Assembly: GCF_006345805.1 (NCBI RefSeq)
Contig: NC_043004.1
Span: 59,334,001-59,398,000 of the forward strand
Source of the DNA: Octopus sinensis
Lineage: Eukaryota
Direction: 5' to 3'
DNA: 64,000 bases
This document shows, in pieces, positions 53,745 to 64,000 of the stretch. The position numbers and the translations under genes are program-made. The first letter of the stretch is position 1, and the number at the start of each line of letters is the position of its first letter. The notes beneath the pieces were generated by a model that was given only the letters and a program-made list of their open reading frames with translations, was not told where the DNA came from and ran no database searches.

Positions 53745-54715
53745 AATATTCCTTCGTAACACAGTGTAGATAAAAATGCACCGCAGGCTTTAGTAATACG
53801 TTTGTTTTAGGATATAGCGCCCCATGCAGCGTTATCAACTTCCTCGTCCTTCTATCCAGTGTTGATATTTCCTCCTTAGTCCATTTCAGGATGGACGCAC
53901 TATATCTGAACTCCGCAACTGCCCAGATATTCATTGTAGAAATCAAATTCTTGGGATTCAGGTTGGATATCAACACCATCTCCTCCCCTTTTTGATACGC
54001 CTCGCTGACTGTGACTTTCATTCCCCGTGTAGAATGTCATCAAGCTACAAAATTCCTAAATATCTATACCCTCTACTATCGGGTTAACACATGGTCTCTT
54101 CTGGTGGTAACCGCAATCCTCTTCAGGCTACTCGCTTCCCTCTTCTCATATTAAGTACCGAGAACTTGGTAATTCCAAATTCCATACAGATATCCCTACC
54201 ACACTTCTGGTCTGTTAAGGAATCTATCTGGTTTTCGGATTTCTCAAACAATTTTAGGTCATCCATAAACAGTAGACGGTTCAATGAAGGGCCTTTCTTT
54301 CCACATTTGCGACCCATCCTCTCTTTCCTAAGTGTCATTGTTATGGGTATTATTCAAATTATAAGCAGTAACGGAGAAATACGTGGAGTACAATTTGGTT
54401 TTCCACCCTTTCATGCTTTGCATCAGAAAATTTGTGATATTGTCAGCAACACCAAACATCTGCAGGCATTCAATGATCCAAGAATGAGGCATCATGTATG
54501 ACTTCATTAAGTCAATCCAAGCCATAGACATGATTGTATGATTTTTTTTTTTTTTGGTTTTATTTTACAATGCCTCAAAACTGTTTTATCAATGACCAGA
54601 TGTTCCTTGGTACTCTGAGAATCCTTCCAGCATCCTTTTTGTTCCCTTGGTAGTATTTCTTCCAGTGCAAAGGAAAGTATATGTCTTTGCTGCACATATT
54701 CTGGTGAGTATCTTC
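53745..54715 (-). mobile_element. Older, decayed R4/Dong RT fragment
   Basis: ILPREQKGC..MAWID..PHSWIIECLQMFG..LLFMDDLKLF..LNPKNLISTMNIWAV..WTKEEISTLDRRTRKL. Confidence 0.85.
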
Positions 54716-54730
54716 CAGACAGACGAAGTA

Positions 54731-54963
54731 CCTATTTCTTTACTACCCATAAGGAGCTAAACACAGAGAGGACAAACAAGGACATACAAAGGAATTAAGT
54801 CGATTATATCGACCCCAGTGCATAACTGGTACTTATTTAATCGACCCCGAAAGGATGAAAGGCAAAGACGACCTCGGCGGAATTTGAACTCAGAACGTTG
54901 CGGCAGACGAAATACGGTTACGCATTTCGCCCGGCGTGCTAACGTTTCTGGCAGCTCGCCGCC
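54731..54963 (-). mobile_element. SINE family A, full length
   Basis: Highly similar to 15191-15419. Confidence 0.9.
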
Positions 54964-55903
54964 TTCATCTTTAATAAAAAATAGTGTCAATACTATCATG
55001 AATATATATGTACGTGTACCTGTGTGCGTATTTCTGTCACCGCGCGCGCGTGTGTGTGTGAATATGCGCGCGATGATATTGAAAATAACTGGATGAAACG
55101 CAGAGAAAAAAATCACATAGAATTCTTAAAAAAACATCCTTTGGTAATTTTGTGATGCATCTTCGGTCAGTTATTAATCTTTGCGTGTCTTGTTGACAAG
55201 AAACGCGTGTGCAATAATTGGCTTGCTTGTCATGTTTTTCGGCCTATATGTCAAGATTTCTTTATATTATGGGTAAAGGTAAATATAACGAACACTCTAC
55301 CCAACAATAAATAAGGCAGAGTCTCCTGGTATATCTATCTAATGACGAGGTTGACTTTCTCAGAAATCCTTCATTACCACAGCTGCAGATTAAAGCACTA
55401 TATCTGATCAAAAATAAAAGATATGAGAAAGATAACCTACATTTTAACGTACTGTATTTCTTGCATACAATATTATCACTAATATATCTGGCCATATAGC
55501 AACACTTTTCTTAGTAATGTTGAGAATATGTATGAAATAACTCTGCACTGATATCATAGAATGTCATCAAATGACGGTATATATGTTTATACATATGTAT
55601 AAAACATACATCTTCACATTAAGTATAATGAGTGTGTACATTGAAAGATATTTAAGCGTGCAATCAAGGGATGGAATATTAATTTCGGCTCCCTATTTAG
55701 GAACATTTTCCGTGAAGCTGAATCTTTCTGAGTAAATCAGGACAGATGGGAAAGTAGCTTCATTAACGCAGGAACACTAATTGCAAATGAGTGACACAAA
55801 GCACACACACACACACACATACTCGTGCACGCGAGCACTCACGCAAACACACGTGTGAGCACTCGTACATATTTATAAATTCTGATTAATCCAGGCGTAG
55901 ATA

Positions 55904-55955
<52 letters not shown>

Positions 55956-56035
55956 CATGCTTATACATATGTATAAAACATACATCTATACATTTATATA
56001 TCTATATACTTACGTGCATACACACACACACACAC

Positions 56036-56067
<32 letters not shown>

Positions 56068-56830
56068 ACATGTATACACATACACATACACACGCACAAA
56101 TGTCTATTTGTCAGTTGTTCTAGTGCGCCATGTTGCAGAAATCTGTCGCAATTTACTTCGATGATTGATATCAGATGGCGAAAGAAACAAAATATATATA
56201 TATATATACATACATACGTATGTACGTACATACATATCCCAAAAACGTGATGTCTCAAATTAACGCAGCATTTCAGAATAAAGGAGATCTGTAAAAGCTA
56301 TAAAGAATTTGCAGAATCAAGACAGATTTTCTCTGTGCAATAGTGTGTTATATGTCGTTTGTTATTGCGAAATGGCCGATGATAAACATGACCGTATGTG
56401 TAAACAATAACAGGAGTAGTATGCAGTCCACTGCTATAATTAATCCCCGTTTTCCTGCCATATCTACGTTTGTTCATTTGTCGCTTTTCAAATCTATGTT
56501 TTGTTAGCAAATAGGTTATAAGAGGTCGTTGCTTTTGTTGTTTTTGTTGTTTTTGATGTTTTTGTTGTTGATGCTCATGTTGGTGTTTGAGGTAGCGCAT
56601 GGTTCTTGCTGTTACGAGTCAAAGCAGAGATATGTGGAATAATAATTTTATTCACGCAGTCAGGTGTTATGCTACGAGTAATTAATGGGGCAGCATCAAC
56701 AAACAACGTTCACTAAAAGCCAATAACTACTTTGAATACTATTAATAATACTAATCATAACAATAATAACAAATGATGATGATGAGGAGGAGGAGGACAA
56801 CGACGAAAACGGCAACAACAACAACAACAA

Positions 56831-56869
<39 letters not shown>

Positions 56870-57826
56870 CAACAGCAATAATAATAAGTGCAAAACATCG
56901 TGTTAACTGGAACGACTCATGTACTGAAAAGAGCATTATCGCTGTGAAAACAACATCCATTCATAAATGTATGTATAAATGTTTTAAATACATATTTTAC
57001 ATGTGAATTTGCGTGTGTAATCTCTCTTACTGTAAGTGCTGGTCACCTGGCACAGGACCAGATATTTTAGGGGAGAAGTAAGTGAATTTCAGTGACCAGA
57101 GAGCACAGCTGATGCTTATGTTATTGACCCTGAAAAATGAAAAGTACATTCAACCTGGGCGGAATTTGAACCCAGAATGCAAAGACGGAAAAAATTCCGC
57201 TAAGCATTTTGTTCGGCGTGCTAACAATTCTACCAGTGTTCAGTCTAAACTACAGCTCCAACAAAAATAATAAAATTTTATAAAAAATGAATACAAAATT
57301 GAAACTGCGGGAAAATGCTCCTTATAAAAAACGGGCGCACCTTTACACGTGAAGAAATCTTAGATATGCCGTTGTAGAAAACGCGATCTTGTCGTGGACA
57401 AGCAATTGTAGATGCTGCAAGGACATGTGTGGTTTGCCTGTAAGTGCGTGATTATGCCATGGTATATCGGACTTTCTGCACAGAAGGCATTAGCAGCAAA
57501 TGTACCTTCACTACAATACTTCATTTCCATAAAAAGCGTAACAACAGTGGTTCTGAGTTGCTGCACAGAAGAAAATCGCGGTAGCTTTGGTTAGATTGTC
57601 CTTGATATTAAGTATGGTCTATGAGGGTTAACTTCGGGCCAACTAACAACAACAAAAATATATTTGTCATCAAAGCGTTACATGCGTTCGTCCCGTACAT
57701 TTGGTCTAACTAATGTCTATGACATTGTATATAGCGATCTGTAGAGGTTAATTTTGTGATTATTTTGATATTCTTCACGTAGTATGCGAACCTAACCGAA
57801 TAGACTTTCTTGTGGTGTTATATCCA

Positions 57827-57890
<64 letters not shown>

Positions 57891-57902
57891 GGCGTAGGAG
57901 TG

Positions 57903-59523
57903 GCTGTGTGGTAAGTGTCTTCTACCGACCAAAGCCTTGGGAGTGGATTTGGTAGACGGTAACTGAAAGAAGCCCGTCGTATATATATATATATATATAT
58001 ATAAGTGTATGTATGTGTGTATGTATGTGTGTGTATATCTTTGTGTCTCTGTGTTTGTCCCCGCCAACATCGCTTGAAAACCGATGCTGGTGTGTTTACG
58101 TTCCCATAACTTAGCAGTTCGGCATAAGAGACCGATCAAAACTTTTCCGTTAACAAGACCCACTTTTTCCTGGCGGTGTGTCTCTAAATGCACTATTGTA
58201 TTTTATGCCCCTAGAACAATACATATTCCTAACATTTCTATGCTAAATGATCGTTCGAAAGAAATCTCGCTTCCCAGTTTGATTTATTGCCAAGCTCGCA
58301 TGATGAAGCTGGCTTCGCCCGATATATCACACAGAGAGTCATAAGTATTGGTCCTTCACTCTAATAAGCTTGTAGCCATCAAAGAACAATAAGTCATGGG
58401 TTTCCAAACGCTCACAGTAACGTCTTGTGTAGCGCGACTGGACGAGGCTCGCTTAATTTTGCGTCTCTACTTTGCGAATTATATTTCTCGCTGCATAAGA
58501 CATGCTGGAAAGACTCTAAATTTACCATATGGTAAGTTTACATGACGCATATCTTTATATATAAAAGTGAGGTTGTGTGCTGTCTCTCTCCTACGATTTA
58601 GATTCCTAACTACTCCCACATTTTGCGGTGCAGTTTAACTAAAACCGGGTATCTTATAGTCGTGATTCATATTGAGCCCTTCTGGGTATTAGCGCGCGTC
58701 TACGATTAGTCTACGATTAAAAAAAAAATTTACCATCAATTTTTCCCATTTTTAATGCATTTTTGGCATCGGTGCCCCAGCATGGCCACAGCTCATCAGC
58801 TGAAACTAGAATCAATCAATCAATCAATCATATAAGGGAAGTAACTCTCTAAAAATTTATTATTAAATCTCAGAACGTAAAAAGCTACAGTAACACCCCC
58901 CCTTTGTGGTTAGCCATATTGAGATGGCTATTATACTTTACATCTCTAAAAATGCTTATATAGTTATTTCCCTTACAAGCCTGAGCAACGCCGGGCGATA
59001 CTGCTAGTTAGTGATATATTGAACCCTCTTAGATAACAACGTGTTTCTCGTTTGCTTTTTTCAAAAGCGTTCCAGTTGTGATGAATCCTTTTGCACTCAA
59101 AGTGCAGCAAAGAATATATGGCTCAATGAATACTTCACTGTTCAAGATAGCAGATTGATATAATGGAACGTTTAGCATTATTTCTAGCATGACCAAGGTT
59201 CACATAGGGGCGTTCATCTATTTTCTAACATAAAATACTATAGTGCATTTAGAGACACACCGCCAGCAAAAAGTGGGTTTTGTTAACGGAAAAGTCTTGA
59301 TCGGTTTCTTATGCCGAACTGCTAAGTTATGGGGACGTAAACACACCAGCATCGGTTCTCAAGCGATGTTGGGGGACAAACACAGAGACACAAAGATATA
59401 CACACACATACATACACACATACACTTATATATACATATATACATACGACGGGCTTCTTTCAGTTACCGTCTACCAAATCCACTCACAAGGCTTTGGTCG
59501 GCACGAAACACTTACCACACAGC
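57903..59523. repeat. Inverted duplication; arms ~57903-58220 and ~59218-59523
   Basis: Each arm is an internally deleted family C SINE plus the same non-SINE flank (cttttccgttaacaa.acccacttttt.ctggcggtgtgtctctaaatgcacta). Confidence 0.9.
58552..59007 (+). mobile_element. Non-autonomous Helitron, copy 3 (variant)
   Basis: A|TC..CTAG|T termini. Carries a 66-bp insert (58765-58830) and a different second internal unit. Confidence 0.9.
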
Positions 59524-59744
59524 TATACAATTGTTGTAGCACGCTCATTTATGGCTTTCTAAAAGAAAGTTTTTTATTTTTCCTGCAGACCAACGTTTGC
59601 CTTTCATCTTTCCGGAATCGATAAGTTACAGACCCTGTCCAAATAACAGGAACCCTGTCGTTGAGTACGGCATAATTTCCATTGTCCTCTTCAAATTTTT
59701 GATGTTTCAAGACGTATAAAAGATTACTTTAATTGCTAAACGAC

Positions 59745-60380
59745 AACCACCACCACCACCACCACCACCACCACCACCACCACCCCAACAAACATCCATA
59801 CAAGCAGCTACAAAAGCACCATGACCATCATCAGTACTCTATCATCATCTCAATATTTATTATCATAATCTTCTTTTTCTTCTCTTTCTTCTTCTTCTTC
59901 TTCTTCTTTTTCTTCTTCTTCTTCGTCTTCTTCTTTTCTTCTTCTTCTTCCACTTTTCGTCTTCTTTCTCTGCTTCTTGTTCTTCTCCTTCTCCTTCCTC
60001 TTGTTGTTGTTGTTGTTCTTCTTCTTCTTCTCCTTCCTCATCTTCTTCTTCTTCTTCTTCACCTTCCTCTTCTACTTCTTCGTCTTTTTCTTCCTTATTT
60101 CTCTTATTCTTCCTCTTTTCTTCTTCCACTTTTCCTCCTTCTTTCTCTTCTTCTTCCTCGTTTCCTTCTTCTTTTTCCTTCTTTTTTCTTCTCCTTCCTC
60201 TCCTTCTTCCTCTTTTCCTTCTTCTCCTTCGTCTTCTTTTTCTTCTTCTTCTTCTTCTCCTTCTCATGATGATGACGATGATGATGATCACCATCATCAT
60301 CATCATCATCATTATTATTAATGTTATTATTATTATTATCATCATCATCATCATCAACATTTTTATTATTATTATTATTA
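59745..60380. repeat. Compound (CAC)n / (CTT/CCT)n / (GAT/CAT)n / (TAT)n low-complexity tract
   Basis: Direct reading. Confidence 0.95.
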
Positions 60381-60382
60381 TT

Positions 60383-60936
60383 GAGTGAGTGAGCAGAGCA
60401 TGCCATCAAAGTGACACTGGGGTAAAATATACGAAGCCCAGTATACCCATCATGACTACCCGTCTGATAAGGGTACACCAGGCACATGCATCACAACCAT
60501 ATGTGCGCGACATGGTGATCTCATATCAAGATAAACAGCAAATGACCTTGCAGGTGGAGCCCAGTTAGAATTTTCTTCAGATCGAGTAACCCATCCCGCT
60601 CAAAAGGTCTCTGAATAAGGGTTGTTTAAGGACGTTGAACGAAACACCCATGTTTCCAGAGGTGAATTATTCAAACCCCAAAGAATCCTTCTCAACACAT
60701 GGCTATGATGCTCCCCCACTACTTCTGCTCGTGATCAGAGATGCACATATCGTCAGCCACTAAGGGACATGCTCAACTGGTTAAGGTCAAACAACTGACA
60801 AGCAAATCTGTGGTATTGAGCAGAATATTTGCTGTAGCCCATCTTTTATACCAAGACAAAACAATGTACATGATAACACTTCCAATCAGTTAAGATCAGA
60901 AGCCATGAGAGCCACTGCCTGGTACTGCATCAGGGC

Positions 60937-60940
<4 letters not shown>
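60383..60940. mobile_element. ~560-bp non-coding element bounded by (TTA)n on both sides
   Basis: Complex-sequence island with sharp edges (ttgagtgag.. / ..cagggcattt) inside a (TTA)n tract. No recognisable ORF, TIR or tRNA head. Confidence 0.6.
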
Positions 60941-61002
<62 letters not shown>

Positions 61003-61689
61003 TTTCGTCTTCATTCCCAGCCTCCTCATCCTCATCCACATCATCATTTTGTATTTCACTGAATACGCTGGACTTCACAATTAACCGACAGCGTCACCTA
61101 TATCACGTCGATATTTTAAAAGTAATTTGTAATAGTCAACCATTTATTATACATCATCTGTAGCGTCAGCTAAATAAAGCTAGTTTGTAACAATCAACTA
61201 TTTATGTTCAGACAAGCTGTCTTCGGCATTGTTTTACAAAACTCAAAATCTTAGCGTGGCGTCGTATCAAGCGTAATCTCAAATTCCAGCTGTGTTTCAA
61301 CTACATTTAATTCCATGCTCTATACTTATTTGTTTACTGACAACAGGTTCTTCGTGAAACTTCAAATTCACCTCTCCTCATCACTCGAATTTAATTATTT
61401 GAACTTTGCCATCCTATTTTAACAGCGAAAGAGACTTATTAGCTTTCAGCATATTCATTGCTTTTCTACCTTATGGTAGGTAATGGTAAAATTTGAGGGT
61501 CAGCAGACAGCTTGTGGCACTCTGGTTGACTTTAAAGCAGAGGTTCTTAACCGAGGTCCGTATGTCCCCTGAAGGTCTATATAAGATTTTTGAGGCTTTA
61601 TACAACAAACTATTAAGTTGGATATCCAGAATAGTACTTTAAGGATCCTGAAAAAAATTTGCTTTTAGATATATGTATTAGTATGTGTT

Positions 61690-61972
61690 GTGGAGGCATT
61701 GGACTTTCGGTTGGAAGATCGCAGTTTCGATTCCCAGACCGGGCGTTGTGTTTATTGAGTGAAACCACCTAAAAGATACACGAGCCCCCGGCGGGGAGGG
61801 GCGATCCCTGTTGTACTCTTTCGCCACAACTTTCTCTCTCTCACTTTCTCTTCCTTTTTCTTGAGTAATGCTGCGATGGATTGGCGTCCCGTCCAGCTGG
61901 GGGGAACACATACGCCACAGAAACCGGGAAACCGGGCCATTGAGCCTGGCTACGCTTCAAAAGGGCGACGAA
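61690..61972 (+). mobile_element. SINE, head A (partly deleted) + tail 1
   Basis: tggaggc..gtttcgattcccagaccggg..gaaaccgggaaaccgggccattgagcctggcta. Confidence 0.85.
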
Positions 61973-62556
61973 AAAGAATTAGTATGTATTGCTACGTTTC
62001 TTTCTCTAACTCATTGGTTCTCAAGCAGGGCCCATATAGCCCCTGAGGGTCCATATGAAATGATTGGAGGCCCACGTAACAAAATTGTATAGCGGATATC
62101 CATATACAAAATAGTAATTTTAAGTGCTTCTGAAAAAAATTTCTTTAAAATTAATAGAAATATCTGCTGTTGTGAGAGCATTCGGGCAACGTGTCTTGTT
62201 TAAGGAAACCTTTAGTAGGTCATGGGTGGGTCCTTTTCTCTTAAATAAAGGATAAAACTATGAAGATTACTGGTGCTGTAAGAAGGATATCAATTTAGTC
62301 AATCTATTCAATCTATTCCCTCGTTGATCAAATTATGTTCCAAGTCGACGAAGCACTAAAATTTAGTTAATTATAACTTAACATAATTAATGAAGAAAGT
62401 CAAAACTGATAGTTAATTAAAATTAAATCCATAATGAGAAGAAAAATCTTATTTTTAATGACTCAGTCTTTTCTGGACTGAAAAGAGAAACAACTCCAAA
62501 CACGAAATGAATTCAAAAATGTATGGAGATCCATGATGTAAGGAGTGTGTGTGTGT

Positions 62557-62627
<71 letters not shown>

Positions 62628-62859
62628 TGTGTATGTGTGTGTGTGTGTGTATGTGTGTTTGTGTTTGTGTACAGTTGATCGTTTACAGTGCGGTGACGTC
62701 ATTAGATCTGTCTTGGTATTATTAAAATTATTAAGGAAAGTAGGTAAATTGGCAGATTAACTTTTGCCTTTTACCTTAGGTGTTTCAAATATTTTGGAAT
62801 ACCCTCTTGAAAGGATTAGTCAAATAAATAAATGCCGGTACTCCTTTTCTGTTTGTTTT

Positions 62860-63165
62860 TTAAATTCTGGTACTTCTTCTACCTTTATCTTTTGCCGAAC
62901 TGCTATACTACGGAGTCGTAAACAAACCAACAGCTGCTGTCAACCAATCGTGGTAGCGCGGGACAAGCAGAAAACACACACATATATATAACATATATAC
63001 ATATATATACTCCGGGCTTCCATATAGTTTCTGTCTACTTCATATTCTCACAAGGTTGGCCTTGGGCTACAGAAGACTCTTGCCCAAAGTGCCGCGCAAG
63101 GGGAATGATCCCGACGCAACATAGCTGTAAAGGCATGTTCTTAATCAAGCAGCCATACCTGATTA
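62860..63165 (-). mobile_element. SINE family C, diverged
   Basis: ttgccgaactgcta..ttgcccaaagtgccgcgc..gcagccatac. Confidence 0.7.
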
Positions 63166-64000
63166 TTTCTGAGTTATTGGAAACATTAACATCTTCACTC
63201 AGTTCAGACATTTTAATTAATGCTCTTTGGGCTCTCTTCATGAAATATCTCAACTTTCACTAAGCTAAATGTTAACATGTAGAAACATTATTTGGAACTC
63301 GTTTCTCAGTCAATATTTTAAGTAATGCCTCACCACTTCTACTCCAATAACGAGAACAAACATTAAAGTGTTCAGATAAAAGTCACGGTAGTGAACTCTC
63401 AAATGAAATTTAATATTTATTAATAACTAAAAGAGGACTTGCAGGGGGTAATGGAGGTGTAATATTATGAAAATATTGCGATTTTATCAGTTCCATTTTA
63501 ATAAAATAAAAAGATATATCGTATGTTAACAATGTATATTCTATGTTAACAATCGTATGTATATAAAAGATATATTGTATGTTAACAAATAGTAAGAGAA
63601 AACGAGAGAGAAAGATTGGGAGAAAAAGAAAGAGAGTGAGAGTAAATGAAAGGGTGAGTGGGCGCGAGCAAAACTTCACGATTGTAAAAGCATGTTTTAA
63701 ACTCAAAGAGGGAGAAGTCCTATTGTGTGTAGAACTAGATTCTACACAGTTGCTCGATAGGCAAAAATAACAGACAATGGGTAATAAAATCTTAAACCAT
63801 CATTCTATACATGCCAAGAGATGATAAAATATATTTCTTGACATCCTCCCGAAGGTTGTGATGGCTATGGTAAGAAGGTCTTAAATCGTACGTTAATATG
63901 CTTCGCGTTTATTCACTTCTAGTAATACAACAAAAAGAAAGACTACTTTAGTATAAAATAAAAGAAGAATATTCTCAAGATCGCTCGATCTGCCAGAAAT

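Noticed and set aside
56298-56600. 100-aa ORF with a Q/K/H-rich start
   Set aside because: Partly a degenerate (CAA)n repeat, with no recognisable domain or convincing splice site. The length is attainable by chance.
60880-60940. Possible HDV-like ribozyme at the end of the 560-bp element
   Set aside because: Only a simple hairpin (gcc.tg..caggc). The nested P1/P2/P3 order cannot be built.

Overview
AT-rich, microsatellite-dense eukaryotic intronic/intergenic DNA. The repeat content (tRNA-headed SINE families, Tx1, RTE, R4/Dong, HERO and Penelope remnants, and (TA)n/(TCTA)n/(TAA)n/(CA)n tracts) looks like a coleoid cephalopod, most likely Octopus. This is inferred from recognising the repeats, not from a search. 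Nearly all ORFs in the supplied track are microsatellite or transposon artefacts. The largest element is a ~3.85 kb near-full-length R4/Dong-clade non-LTR retrotransposon (49554-53401, minus strand) sitting in a (TAA)n tract, with 2 frameshifts and 2 Trp-to-TGA stops. Also present: three copies of a non-autonomous Helitron, several mariner and hAT derivatives, Penelope remnants (one with a hammerhead ribozyme motif and its empty site preserved in an adjacent duplicate), and SINEs built from interchangeable heads and tails. The only plausible host coding sequence is one minus-strand exon (29801-30201) ending in a hydrophobic segment and a GTGAGT donor. No rRNA, true tRNA gene or CRISPR array was found. 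Coordinates were read by eye. Ends without a TSD or TIR are approximate.
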